A stretch of DNA of 64,000 nt from Selaginella moellendorffii. Lineage: Eukaryota; Plantae; Lycopodiophyta. The notes beneath the pieces were generated by a model, which worked only from the letters and a program-made list of their open reading frames with translations, made no database searches and was not told the origin of the DNA. Location: contig NW_003314263.1 of NCBI RefSeq assembly GCF_000143415.4, positions 124,001-188,000 on the forward strand, given 5' to 3'. Of the stretch, positions 49,301 through 63,647 are shown in pieces. Each line of letters starts with the position of its first letter. The stretch's first letter is position 1. A program made the translations under genes and the position numbers.

Positions 49301-49452
49301 TTTTGTGAATGCGAAATTTCACGTGGGTGTCAATAGCATGTTTGAATAATGGCATGTGGCCTCATGCTATTGAGGTTGTTTGGTATGTTATGATTTAGGC
49401 CATTCTCCAATCATTTTTTTTATGGTCTTAACTTCTTTTCTGCACTTTCAGA

Positions 49453-52400
49453 ATGGCCTTCAGGGTTGGGGAAAAGGTTTACATTTTGAATGGTGGGAAG
49501 AGAGTTGCAAAAGGGACCTTTGTATCTATGGATCGGAACTTTGTTATACACTGTCAAAGGCTTGGGGAAGGCAATGCTGCTGTATCAGTAGAGACTGTCT
49601 TCGATGGGAATGTGGTCGCTATTGAACGAGGAGAGATGGTCGTCGGGGTAAATGTTGTTGTTGCCTTGAAAAATCTTCAGAAGAAAGCAGATGTTGGGGA
49701 CAGCGCAAGTGCGACGCATGTTCCCTCCGTGGATCTTAAGAACCGTGCTACATGGATTCAGGCAAAGGTGTTTCTAAACAACCCCGAGGGGGAGGTGGTA
49801 GGTGAGGGCTTAGCCACAGTTGTCGATCCAAGAGATGCGGTTGCTAATCAAGAATTGGGCTGGGATGATATTGGAGTTGCGATTTTAGAGGTTGTTGACA
49901 CAGAAGAAAACAGTCTGACTATTGGAAGCATTGTGCGGTGGAAATTGAGGCACTTAGTGTTTGAGAATGTGAAGGATTCACAATCAAACACCACTACAAC
50001 TGATGACAGAACATCTCTTCATGGGAAAAGAAAGTACACCTTCCTAAAGCGCAGCCAATGGGATCGGAGCAACGAACCGAAAAGGCAGAAAATGGCGATG
50101 GAGGTTCGAATGGTCTCGACAATTGCTTGTTGCAAGAGGAGGTGCTGTCAACATGCTGATTGGGATGCTATTGAAGAGGAGAGAGCAAGATACAAGACAT
50201 TGTCCTGGAAGGCAGCTCGCAATTTTGTGTATGAGGCATTACGGTCATCTGTTGATGCTTCAGAACATCAGGTGGGGGGCATGGTCTTCCAGAGGGGTTT
50301 GGTCTGCATGAAGGCATGGAGAATCATTTATGGAGTCCCTCGAACCACATTCTACAGAATCAAAACTGAGTTCGAGGAACAAAGGGTTCAACAGGCAGTC
50401 CATGGGAACGACGGTACGCACAAAACCAGGGGTCATGTTGTATATGGAGAGGCAATCTTCAAGAGGTTTGTCGAGACATGTAGCGAGCAGCAACCACATA
50501 AAACCTGCCTCTTGGAAGATGGAACACGAGACACCCAACGAGTTCTCCCTTCCATGTATACCAAGGGGGCCATATTGGAAGATGTGAATCGGGAACTCCA
50601 GAGTAATGGCTATAGGAAGCTGAGCCAATCTAGATTTAGTAGATTGTGGAGCAACAGGTTCAGGGATGTGAGTATAGGAAAGTACTCCAGCTTTTCAAAG
50701 TGTGACAAGTGCACTGCTATCAAAATGGCTTTGTCGAAGAATTCTTGCAGCGCTCAAGAGCGAGAGACGTTGGTTAGAAGGCGGCTCGACCACAACATCG
50801 AGCAGAGAAGCTGCAGGACTGCATATTATCATAACAGGATTCTCTCCATGGAGAGACCTGACTCTTACCTCTGCATCATCCACGACAAAATGGACCAGAA
50901 AAAGACGTGCTTACCTCGACTCAATCCTGCCCCCAAGGCAATCTCTTCATCCATGCAGCTGCCTGTGTCTCTGTTTGGCATAATCGCTCATGGGCATGGT
51001 GCCCAGAACTATGGGAACTTCTTTGTACCTCTATGGGGTGGCGGGGGTGCAAACATGATGATTGCGTCCCTAGCAAAACACTTAAAGTCTCTGCAAAGTG
51101 CGCAGACTGAGCTGAACGGCCAACCCTTGCATAAGGCCCTTGTCGATCGAACCCCATACAAGGTTCAGCTGGAGGAGGAGCAAAGGCTTGCAGTATCGTG
51201 TGGGGCCCCATGCCATCCCAGTGAATATGTTGGCCGTCAGATTGTAGGGTTATCACGTGAGGCCTCATGCCATTCCGACGAGGCTGGTCACTCGGTGAAT
51301 GCACAGCCTCATCCAAACGAAGCAGAATCTCAAGGAAGTTCTTGCAGCCGATGTGGCCTTCCACCCCATCTTCTGCTCCAAACAGACAATGCTGGCAGTG
51401 AGAACAAAAACATGTACGTCTTTGCGTGCTTGGCGATGCTTGTTGCCAAAGGCATATTTGAAACGGTTACACTTGGCTTTCTCATGGTTGGGCACACTCA
51501 TGAAGACGTCGATGCCATGTTCAGTCACCTGGCAGAGTCCCTCCGGCGATCCAATGTCCTCACCCTCCCACAACTCTACGATGAATTCCAAAATTGCATC
51601 AAAGGCACTGTTGAAGCTGCACTTCTGACAGAGGTTCCAGACTTTAAGGGGTTTGTAAGAGGCTACATCAGGGACGGATCCGAAACGCTGATTGGCCACT
51701 CCAAGCCTCTTCAGTTTCATTTCAGCATGTGTGACGGTGTTCCAGTGATGAGGTACAAGATGAGAGAATGGGACACAGTGTGGCTGCCAGTGGACGGCAT
51801 TGAACTCTTCAAGAGAGATCCCATAACTGGGGAACCTATGATTCCTCAGGGTTCCCCACGGCCGATGCACCCGGATGGACTCAAAGACCAGGAAAGTATA
51901 GTGGCCGGGATTAGACAGCATATTGCCTTCTGGAAGAGGGGGTTGGTGTTTGGTGGAGAATCCTATTTTCAGAGGTGCAAGCCTTTGCTCGAATACTGGG
52001 AGAAGATTATATCTGCTATCCAAAATAGGCCGGTTGTATATGAAGAATTGGAAGAGTCCTTTTGGCCAGAACCCAGAGCACCAGATAGTAGCGGAACAAT
52101 GTCCTCTGGAAATGCAGTGACAGATAACGATGTTGAGGATCACTATTGTGGGCCGAGGAACAAGAAGCTGGATTCAGCATTCAATCCAGTACAGGTCTGC
52201 AAAGGAATGGTCGTGCTTGTCAGACCCAGTAATAAAAAACAAATGATATGGGTGGGGCGCTGCATCATTGATGCAGAGGAGGACGCGGAAACTAACTCCT
52301 TCAATGTAACTGTGGAGTGGTTCAAGCCAAGTTCTGGATATACGAAGGATTGCCTAGAAAAGAGATGGGTGCTGAATCCAAGGGATCCCAGCATGAGCAT

Positions 52401-52594
52401 ATCGGTGGATAATGTTGTGCATGGTTGGATGCGGAAGCAGAGTGCCACCATCACCTTGCCAGACCATGCAAGAGATGCAGCAAGAGCATTCATAACCCGG
52501 GTTCAAGGTGAGATTCATGAATATTCCTTTACTAAGTTTCTAATGTATTTTATTTCAAGGTGAACAATCCGAATCTGAATCAAAGGAGGCGTGA
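49453..52594 (+). CDS. Sola-like DDD transposase, second intact copy
   Basis: 1036-aa ORF (49453-52563) near-identical to copy 1, with all catalytic motifs retained and the same terminal intron. Confidence 0.9.
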
Positions 52595-55482
52595 TGGCAT
52601 GTGGCCTTACGCCATTCCTAGGTGAGATGATACAAATAACAAGTATAAATTCTTAGTTGTTCTAGCAAATCTTACTTAAAGTTCAAGGTGAACAAGCCGA
52701 ATATGAATTCATCGGATTGTTATAACAAATTGCGAGGTGATGGCATGAGGCGATACGCCATTTAAGAGTGGTAGCCATTCCTATATGAGGTGAGTGAAGT
52801 ATTTATTAGAAATACCTCATTCAATTGTGCACTTCTAAGTCTTGGTCCACTTAGTACTGTTTGCATGTTTTTATTTTAATTCTTTCTCTAAAATGTTATT
52901 TAGCATGTGGCTTCATGCCATTGCTCTCCACAATCATGCATTGAATTTCTATCCTTGCATAATACTTCTCCATATATATAGCATGTGCGCACATGTGATA
53001 TGGTTCATTAGGCCTGATATAGTGTGTGAGGTAAAACAAAGATGATGTGACATATGCATTTACCAATCACACGTGCATAAATCTAATAATATGGCATGTG
53101 GCCCATATTAATGGCACATAAACCCATATTCTGGGCTTACGTGCTTTATGTACCATCATTCCCTTGCAGCATGTGTGTTGGTTTCCTTTTATAACACAAC
53201 GAACTCCATATTTTAGGGTGAAGAGCATTCTCATGGCAAGCACAAAATCTGTAAGTGCGGCAGAAAAGGAGACGGAGAAGGAGATAGGTGAAGATGTAGA
53301 ATATATAAGTCTTCCAAACTCCCCGTACTATACTCCAGGTGATCATTTTTCTGAACAAATGGCAACATTAACAACTATCAAGAACGCCCCAGTAACGTTA
53401 GAGACAACAATCCAAAGCAAAACAACTGACCTGGAGAAGGATGATACGCTTAGGCTTATAATGGCGTGTGCCCTCATGCCATTTACTTGATCACCAAATA
53501 CCTTTTTCCCTTTGCACTAGTATATCTTAATACCGGTCTGAGAAATAGAATGGCATGTGCCCTCAGGCCTTTTACTAAATCACCTTTGAAAGAAATGCAA
53601 GCCTCTATATCGTAAAAAAAAGGTACTAGAGAAATTCCTTAATAATATGAATGTTATTTAGTTTCATGAAAATACACTAAGGGTCAAATGAGTTAAATGA
53701 CTTCTCCAGACTAGCAATGCCTCTTGCTACACCTTCACAATTAGATTCGTTAGAAAAAGATAACATTCAATAATATCTAAATGTTCTCACCATTAAGTTA
53801 TATGTCTGGCTAATAGGAATGACGTTCATCTTGGAAAGCTCACCACACGCTCAATGAACAAACAAATAGTGTGTGCGCGCATGCCATCGCTCTTCTTTAG
53901 CTTCAGATTCGGCTTGTTCACCTTGACAATGAGATTTATTATACAACCAGATGGACTCAGTCTGGACATAAAGTCACCGCGCTAGTCACCATGCCCCAGA
54001 TATGTCTAGCCCTTGGACAAAAAACATATAATTTCACGTCATTTTCAAATACATGAAAATTTGTACCTAGTCCCATTTTACTGCATAAATCCCACTTTAA
54101 CGAAATAGAGCTTTGTGACTCCTTTATTGTTTTGGAGTCTGCATCTTTCTTATGATCCCAATTATAGTTGTTTACCACAACTACATTAGCCCGTTTGCTG
54201 TGTCAAACGCTCATCTGGATCACATCCTCAATTCTCTGAGAAAACCCTTATACTGTTCCCAAGATCCCAAAGTCGTTCCCTTACTTGGCCCTTTTTCCAT
54301 CCACCACATTGCACACAAGGTCATGTATGAACTTGAGTGGAGAGCCATATCCTCTCGACATGCTCCTCCTCGAGAATAAGTCCATATCTAGGACCTTCCA
54401 AATCCAATACAAGTGGTGATATACTTAGCCACCAATAAGAGTCGGACTAAGGAATAGCTCTAATACCAAATTGTAAGCGACTAATTTTTCCATTCTACTT
54501 TAGTCACTTAACTATACCTCCAACCACTTGGAGGAGTTTCATTCACAACCTCCATAAGTCTAATTCAAGACTTGGGGCCTGCTCACCCTGAGAAGGGCAT
54601 CTATGCCACTCAACCTTTGCACTTGGTTCAAGTGCTCCACGTGTCCAATCCCATGATCGACACCCCAAGGTACCACCGTGTAGCGCACCTGAATTTGGAG
54701 CCAAACTCCAAGCCTGTTGTGCTATGAAACGAGGGTCTGGTACAATCCCACGAGCACTAGCTCCCCATATCTAGCACTTGCACGCAAAATGGTGTCAGAC
54801 GAAGTCTGGCACAATTTTGGCATACCGGTGGCCTAACACGAGGAGGAGGGTACCCCACCGACTAGAGCAGCGTGGGGCTTAGGCTTTGAAGTGTTAGTTT
54901 ACTGGGCTTAGCATTTGTACTCAGCCAGATGGACATAAGGTAGGAACTCCTATGTGTTTCTAGCTGAGCATTCTCAGCCTGGCTCTTAGTTCTCTTTTGC
55001 TCTGTCTTGCACTGGCTTGGCAAGAACCCTCGCATATTGAGACTAGTCCCTCAATATCGTTGGATGATAGCTTACCGTGTCTGCCAAACACCCTCGCTAT
55101 CACGCCCTTTGTGTTGGTCTCATTTCTGTCCCAAATGCTATTTATGGAAAGTGTCTAGATTAGCTCATTTGGCATATCTACGGAATGTAGAGATTGGCCT
55201 GAACACAATGGTGTTCGTCCTGTGTCCAAATGCACAATCTAAGGACATTTCATATTTAGTAAATTTCGAGCTTGTCCCAGAGACTAACTCCTGGTACTAA
55301 GGGAGGCTTGGGGTGAAAGCCCAAAGCGTGTGTTCCTCAAGGGGGGGGGGGGGGGGGTGGGGCTATGGGGGGTTCCAAATGTATAGTAAGGATAGTGGTT
55401 GGAATGCATGTTCGACTACCTGAGACATTAGTTTGGCTCCCACTGGGCTGTGTCGCTCCTTGTTCTGCATCCGGCTTGGGTC

Positions 55483-55941
55483 GATCGGCATCGTCGGGAT
55501 GTATCCTATCAAGTGGGAGATCAAGTGTGGCTATCTTCCCGGAACTTGAACATTAAGGGTTCTTTGTCTCGGAAGCTCTTGCTGAGATATGTTGGACCCT
55601 ATCGGGTGCTAAAACGTATTGGTGATGTATCCTATAAGTTGGATCTTCCAGATGAGTTATCTCAGCTATATGATGTGTTTCATGTTAGTTTACTGGCACC
55701 ATATTTTCCTGCTGTGGAACTCTCTACGGATATGCGTCCTTCGCCAATAATCATGGATGGTGAACCTGAGTATGAAGCTGAATCTATCCTAGATTCTCGG
55801 GTTCGGAGACAGGCTCATGCGAAGGAATATCTAGTTAAGTGGAAAGGTTACTCGACTTGTGAATCAACTTGGGAACCTCTTAGGAATCTTACACATGCTC
55901 GTGAGTTTGTCACGGAGTATGAGAATAGTAATAAAACATAG
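55483..55941 (+). pseudogene. Integrase C-terminus (GPY/F module) and chromodomain of element D, inverted relative to the rest of pol
   Basis: RYVGPYRVLKRIGDVSYKLDLP...VFHVSLL; EYEAESILDSR...EYLVKWKGYSTCESTWEP. Confidence 0.9.
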
Positions 55942-56591
55942 CTTTTGTAAACCTTGTAATAAATCTTGCAAATTAATAAGGTCATATATTTCTATAAATC
56001 AAAGTGTCATTTCTCTCATTCGATAGTACTTGGGTCAGTTTTGGCAGGCTGACTTCGGCACTTCGGTGCATGGGTCCAATCCATAACCATGGGGATAACT
56101 ATTATAGACTAATCACAAGTCCCCACCTCTCTCTTGATGTCTCATTTTTGAAAAAGGGCGTGGTCGTGTAAACAACTTAATCTGCTAGTTTATAATAGTT
56201 CTCTAAATCTTCCCGACAGGGTTGATTTCTTGCTTAGGGGAAGTTGGGCCTCTGGCCTTCTCCCTATGTCCCTACGGGCAGGGATGTATCATTCCTTTGT
56301 AAGCCGAGTGGTACTCGGAGCAGCAAGGGTGGCTAACTTCGTTAGTCATTTCCTTGTCGGCAACAGCCGGAGGGTGTCTGAGTCTTAACGTCTTTGGACG
56401 TAGAGGAGAGGTTGTTCCATCACTCATTTAAGTCGGTGTGTTTCCCATATAGTGTGCTTTCCATTAACTTTCAGAGTTGTTTCCTTGATGGTTTGCTAGA
56501 CTCGGGTATGCATCGACGAGGACGTCGATCTTCCCCAAGGGGGGAGAGTGTCGCGAATGTGACTTTGGGTATCAAAAGATACTGTCGATAC

Positions 56592-59500
56592 CTATCCTGA
56601 GCTTTTGCCCATCGCCTCAGTAGCTCTAGACCAACCTTGGCGTAGCTGCTCCGCATAAGTCTCAACGGCTGGGACCAACACTTCGGTCATTGGTTTTGGT
56701 ACAACAATCTGTTGAGGAACCCCACGAGCATTCCCTTGCAGCATCTCCCATGGAGAACAGCCTATAGCGCTGTGAAATGTGTTGTTATAACATATTTCTG
56801 CTGTATCCAAATGCTCAACCCAATCGCGTTGGTCCGCCGCGACATAGTACCGCAGATAATCCTCAACTTGAGCATTCACACGTTCGGTCTGCCCATCAGT
56901 CTGAGGATGATAAGCCGTACTAAACTTTAACTTGGTACCAAACAACTGGAACAGTGTGCCCCAAAACTTCCCCGTAAACCTCGAATCTCTATCCGAGATC
57001 ATCTCTTCAGGAAGACCACAAACCCGCACTACTTCATGGAAAAAGAGCTTTGCTGCTTGTTTCGCATTCACTGTTCCCACAGTTGGAATGAAGTGTGCAA
57101 TCTTTGACAACCGATCCACAACCACCATCAAAGTATCATAACCCTTAGACTTCGGCAAGCAAGTGACGAAATCAAGTGTCACACTTTGAAATGGCCATGC
57201 CGGTGCTGGAATGCACTGCAACTTCCCAGCCTGCTTCTTAGTTTTGCGCTTACATTGCTGGCATATAGGGTAGGAATGGACATAGTCTGCTACATCACCT
57301 TCCATACCAGACCAGAAAAATCCCTTTTTCAATGAAGCCAGAGTCTTTCGCTGTCCACCATGTCCCGCTGCTGGAACATCATGATGTTCCCGCATAAATA
57401 ACTGCTGCAAATCCTTAGAGGGAAGATACAATCTTTCTTGCTTATAGAATATAAGCCCATCCCGAACTGAGAAGTGAAGCTTCGCATTAGTGTGACTAGC
57501 AACTTTCGCTGCTTCGCTACCAAGGCTCTGCTTCAACAACCCCGCACGGCATAAGATTGCCTTCGCTAATGGATCACTTCCATACCAAGCCCAAACGTCC
57601 TCCAACCAGTCTGAACTGATTACTGATATTGCCCGGAATTGAGCTTGACAACTCCACGCATCCGGAACAATATTGTCTTTACTAGGTTTATATATGATTT
57701 CAATATCATATCTAGCAAGCTTCTCTTGCCAACGAGCTTGCTTTGGCATTAGCTTAGGCTGCATTGCAAAGTAGCTTAGTGTGTTACTATCCATATAAAC
57801 CTTGGTTTGTCCACCCAAGTAGTGTCTCCAGTGTTCCAGGGCCGACACTATAGCAAACATCTCTTTCTCATGCGTTGGCCATCTTCGTTGGGTCTCATCC
57901 AATTTCTTGGAATAGAACGCAACAGGACAACCATGTTGCCTTAGCGTAACATCAACCTCTTTGTCACAATCTTGCTGCAACATGGCACCGATAGCATAGC
58001 CAGATGCATCACAGTGCACTTCAAAGAGTTTATCAAGATTTGGGATCCTGAGAACAAGAACCGTAGTCAAGATGTCCTTCAACTGTACAAAAGCATGCTG
58101 ACAAGCTGGTGTTCAATGAAACAGAATACTACTCTTCGTCAACTCAGTCAACAGAAGAGCAATTCTTGCAAAATTGCGGACAAACTTGCGATAGTATCCC
58201 GCCAAACCGAGAAAGGAACGAACATCTGATACAATGGTCAGGACTTCCCAGAACTTCACCGCTTCCACCTTCTTTGGATCAACTTCAATCACGCCACCAT
58301 CAACTATATGTCTGAGAAAGTTTACGCGCAGTTGACCAAAAGCGCATTTACTTTCCCTAGCATACAGTTTGTGTTCGCGCAACTTCTGAAACACCAGCTC
58401 CAAGTGTTTCAAATGATCCTCTAATGTTTTGCTGAAGACTAGAACATCGTTGATATATAGGACAACAAATGTGTCCAGATAATCTCCAAATATTCTATCC
58501 ATCATAGTGTTGAACGTTGCCGGAGCATTGCATAACCCGAACGGCATGACAAGGAACTCATAAGATCCGTACCGAGTCTTAAAGGCTGTCTTCTCCACAT
58601 CCTGATCCATCACCCGTATCTGATGATACCCGGATCGCAAATCAAATTGCGTAAAATACTTAGCCTTTAAGAGTTGGTCAAACAAGTCATCAATGCGAGG
58701 CAAAGGATAATTGTTTTTAACCGTGATCTTGTTGAGTGCCCGATAGTTAATACACATCCTCATGGTTCCATCCTTTTTTATAACAAAAAGGACTAGCGCT
58801 CTATAAGGTGACTTGCTTGGTCGGATATGACCTTTGTCAAGAATCCCCGTGAGTTGCTTCTTGAGTTCAGCCATCTCCTTGATGTTCAACCGATATGGAG
58901 CTTTCGTAGGTGGTTTAGAACCCGGAATAACCTCAATCCGATGATCAACTTCATGGCTAGAAGGTAGCCCTGGTGGCAAATCCTTTGGGAAGATATCCTG
59001 ATTCTACACCAACAACTTCAATATCTTCTTTGGTACAAGATCAACCCCGTCACCAATTTGAACTGAGTCACCAACACTCTCAGCTTCCATCACTTGAACC
59101 CAGAAGGTCTGACATCCCCTTTTAGCTGCTTTTTGAGCGGCCCTCGCAGTTAGGAACTTTGCATCCCAATCCTTTGAGGAACGCTTTTGCAACTGAAAGG
59201 ATACATCAGGAAGTCCTTCTGACTTCAACGTGATACAACTTTGTCCAGCACCATAAATCCCTTTTATATACTTGTTGAAGAAATCCATACTAAACACCAT
59301 CTGAAAATTTGGTATCTTCAACACTACCAAGTCCACTCTTTCTTTCCACTTGGATATCTTTAATGGAACATCACTCACAAACTTTTTGGCTACTTGCCCA
59401 CCTTCCGCAAACCGGAAGTGCATAGGTGACATTTGCTTAGCATTCAATCCTAACAACTTAACTAAGTCTTCGGATATCACGTTGTGCGTAGCTCTCGTGT

Positions 59501-60900
59501 CAATCATCAATTGGATTCGGTGTCCATGGACAAAGCCTATCAGATACATCAACGGATCAATGTTTGCATTGACTGTAAGAAAAGCTTAAGGAAAGAAACG
59601 AAAGTTACTCACCTCTTCTTCCTCATAGTCTACATTGACCAACTCGTCAACCCCTTCAGCTTCACCACCACCGTCTTCCCTCATGACATTAACCCGAGAT
59701 CTTATCTTATGCTTGTTGGGACATTCCGAGGACCTATGTCCCGACTCTCCACAATGGAAGCAATGACCCACACTACTGTTCCGCTAGGAGCAGGTTTTGC
59801 AGGTTGCTGCTGCTTGTACCCACAAGGAAGAAGAAGCAATGACCCACACTACCTGTTCCGCTAGGAGCAAGTTTTGCAGGTTGCTACTGCTTGTACCCAC
59901 CAGGAAGAAGAACCGAGGGCCTAGGACCAGAAGAAGCTGCTGGTGGTCTCCAACCACCACCACCTTTGTTAACCGTTGTTTGTGAGCCTCTAGGGCGAAA
60001 CCTACTTTCAACCCTCTGTTTCCGATTCTAGGAATAAAAATTCCTAGAATTTTTATTCTTATCCGAGTTACTAGCATACAATTGCTGATATTGTTCCATG
60101 AGCGAGTGACTAAAGGCAACTTGTTGCGCTGCCTCCTTACACTCCAGGTATGCCTTTGGCTTAAACTTCAAAATTTTATTGTGAGAAAGTGAACTTAAAC
60201 CCTCTAGAAAATAACTCCGAGCATCTTCGTCACTCATATTTGCGATCATAATGCGCTTCTGAGCAAACGCATTAACGTAATGCATGAGATCCCCTCGCTA
60301 CTTTAACTGCCGCAGCTCCGCGTGAAGTTTCAGACCAAGATCATCTAGCAAGTATTCCTTACGGATACGAGACTGCATCTTGGTCCAACTTCTAGTCTGC
60401 CCTTTTTCAGCACACACTTGGCGCCACCAAGTTTTGGCATGATCGGTGAGAAAGGATTGCACGCACGCAACTTTCGTACGATCATCTACGTCTGCCACTA
60501 TGAAGTAGTTTTCCATATCGTAAACCCAGTCTTCCAAAACCTGATAGTCCCGCATGCCTCTGAAGTTGGGTGGCTTCGGAGGCTTGAACTTTGAAACTCG
60601 TGCAACTGGGGGTGGCTGCAAAACTTCATCGTCCTCAGAACTTGAAGAGGAGTCTGGTTTAGTTGCCTCAGCCTCTTTCTTCCTCTTCTTGTTTTACTTT
60701 TTCAATTTGCGAATCTCCCTTCGCAAATTCTCGATCTCAACTTCCTGAGCCGTACGCTGCAGCGCCGCAGCATCTGGTTCTTTCTCTTCTGACTCAGCCT
60801 TAGCCTTTTCCACAGCATCTCTAGCAGGAGTTTCCTCCTCTCGATTTGCCCGTCTAGAGGTTTCATCGTCATCAACACGGTTCCTCTTCACCATCCTGCT
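56592..60900 (-). pseudogene. gag-pol of element D with stops and frameshifts
   Basis: gag (KPPKPPNFRG..., CFHCGESGHRSSEC); protease with DTG>DTR; RT ([23 protein letters not shown]>YIND); RNase H (CDASGYAIG); integrase (ISDRDSRF, HPQTDGQTER). Confidence 0.92.
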
Positions 60901-61708
60901 AGCTGCATGTATGTCGCTATCAGTAACTGAACATGCATACAATGTTCTTACCAAATGGTGCAATCCAACTAATCCTACACAGGTCGCTTCAGATCTACTA
61001 GAAAAGTCTCTGCGCATGCAACTTGAGTCAGAAAATCTGACAAAAGTTGGATAGGAATCGCTGAGAAAATTCCTCGGATACCAAATGTAGCGCACTTGAA
61101 CTTGGAGCCAAACTCCAAGCCCGTTATGCTACGAAACAAAGGTCCGGTACAATCCCACTAACACCAGCTCCCCGTATCCAGCACTTGCACGCCAAATGGT
61201 GTCAGACGGAGTCTGGCACAATTTTAGCATACCGGTGGCCTAACGCGAGGAGGAGGGTACCTTACCAACTAGAGCAGCATGGAGCTTGGGCTTAGACCCA
61301 AGTCGGATGCAGAACAAGGAGCGACACAGCCCAGCGGGAGCCAAACTAATGTCTCAGGTAGTCGAACATGCATTCTAACCAGTATCCCTACTATACATTT
61401 GGAACCCCCCCATAGCCCCCCCCCCCCCCCCCCCGCCGCCCTTGAGGAACACATGCTTTGGGCTTTCACCCCAAGCCTCCCTTAGTACCAGGAGTTAGTC
61501 TCTGGGACAAGCTCGAAATTTACTAAATATGAAATGTCTTTAGATTGCGCATTTGGACACAAGACGAACACCATTGTGTTCAAGCCAATCTCTACATTCC
61601 ATAGATATGCCAAATGAGCTAATCTAGACACTTTTCATAAATAGCATTTGGGACAGAAACGAGACCAACACAAAAGGCGTGATAGCGAGGGTGTTTGGCA
61701 GACACGGT

Positions 61709-63647
61709 TGTGAGACACAAAATCACTAGGCCCCAAAGTGGAACTGGAGGGGCGCCACGTGGTAGTGGCCGAAGCAAAAGCCAAACAAGCGTAACACGTT
61801 TGGACTAAAAGCTCCACCTTGAAAGGTCGAGAGCGGGAGTGGAACTCCCAACGAAGTGCTCGAGGAACAAGCACAAAGAGAGCAATAAGCGAGGCTCCAA
61901 AAAGGGACCCAAAAGGACCAACACATGACACATGGAAGTGTCCGAGATGGACCTGAGATGGAGTCCGAGATGGAGTCCGAGATGGAGTCTGAGATGGACC
62001 CGAGATGGGACCCAAGATGGACCCGAGATGGAGTCCAAGATGGAGTCCGAGAAGGACCCAAAATGGAGTTCGAGGTGGAGTCCGAGATGGAGTCCGAGAT
62101 GGAGTCCGAGATGGACCCGAGATGGAGTCCGAGATGGAGTCCGAGGTGGAGTTTGAGATGGAGTCCGAGATGGACCCAAGATGGGACCCAAGATGGACCC
62201 GAGATGGAGTCCGAGGTGGAGTCCGAGATGGAGTCCGAGATGGAGTCCGAGATGGATCCGAGATGGAGTCCGAGATGGAGTTTGAGATGGAGTCCGAGAT
62301 GGACCCAAGATGGGACCCAAGATGGACCCGAGATGGAGTCCAAGATGGAGTCCGAGAAGGACCTGAGATGGAGTCCGAGGTGGAGTCCGAGATGGAGTCT
62401 GAGATGGACCCGAGATGGAGTCCAAGATGGAGTCCGAGATGGACCCGAGATGGAGTCCGAAGTCGAGACCGGGACTAAGACCGAGACCGGGACCAAGACC
62501 GAGACCGGGACCGAGACTGAGACCGAGATCGGGACCGAGACCGAGACCGAGGCCGAGACCGAGGCCGAGTCCGAGTCCGAGTCCAAATCCGAGTGTGAGT
62601 GCGAGTGCGAGTGCGAGTCCGAGTCCGAGGCCGAGTCCGAGTTCGAGTCTGAGAGGGTGAAAGCCCAAAGTGTTCGTCTCCCAGACCCTGGGGGGTTTGG
62701 TGAGCTCCAAAAGTATAGCAGGGGGAGGACTGTAGTGGAGCCAGTTTGGCCAGAAAAGGCCAGTTTGGCCCAGGAAGGCCAGACCCAGTGTTGGGTGATG
62801 AGCTGCCCACTAGGAAGTCCAAGACTAGAGTGAACACGGACCGACAAGCGGGGTAGCTTGGTGAAGTGTTCAAGAGCCGACTCTAGTTCCCCTGGGAGAT
62901 CGACTGGCTGATGCTCCCAGTCCAAGTGTGGATGGCACTACCTACTTGGATACCTGGTGTGGCTCAACGGAACCTCGCTCTAAGCCCATGGCTAGAGCAC
63001 CCAAGGGCAGAAGGCGAGGAGAGTACCCACGAGGCCCGCGTAGGGCCACAGTGTTCCGAAACGTTGCCCCAAAGTCCCAGACTGTGGAAAGGAAGAGGAG
63101 AAGCCCTCTAGTGTGGTGACAAGGGACACAGCCACACAGTAAGGAAGTCCTAGAGGATAGTTGGACTTAGTGGTCGGGCCTGTGGGCCTTGATCCAGTGG
63201 CAGTGTTGGCAAACACGGCCATGGACAGAAAGGGACTTGGTGGGGACCAGAAAGGAGATATTGGGGAAGGCTATTTCCCATGTCTGTGGGCATCCTAAGG
63301 ATGCTAAGGAGTGGATCTGGGATGACCACTCTTGGACAGATAGCCCAGTCTTGGAGAGACGGGATTGCAATGCAGGTGGTGTTGGACCACCGATGTGACC
63401 AAGATGATTGGGCATGGCCTAGCGTAACGGGCGGGTATGTTGGTGGTGCCTTGGGGTGTCGGTCAAGGGATCGGACACGTGGAGCACTTGGACCAAGTGC
63501 AAAAGTTGGATAGCATGGATGCCATTCGCGGGGCTAGCAAGCCCCAAGTTCTGAATGGGACTTATGGAGGTTGTGAATGAGACTCCTCCAAGTGGTCGGA
63601 GGTGCGGTTAAGTGACTAAAGTAGAATGGAAAAATTAATCGCTTACA
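61709..63647 (+). mobile_element. Family A solo LTR inserted in the 5' LTR of element D
   Basis: Reverse complement of 6766-8646, with TG...CA ends. TSD ACGGT/ACAGT. The empty site is visible at ~55075. Confidence 0.93.
61940..62650. repeat. GAGATGGAGTCC / GAGACC / GAGTCC tandem array in the solo LTR
   Basis: Directly visible. Confidence 0.95.

Larger units (their letters stand above)
34062..54113 (+). mobile_element. Sola-like transposon copy 2, 20.05 kb, expanded by an internal duplication and a nested retroelement
   Basis: Perfect TIRs AAGCTCTATTTCG...CGAAATAGAGCTT. TSD TGTG at 34058-34061 and 54114-54117. The empty site is homologous to ~12340. Confidence 0.95.
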
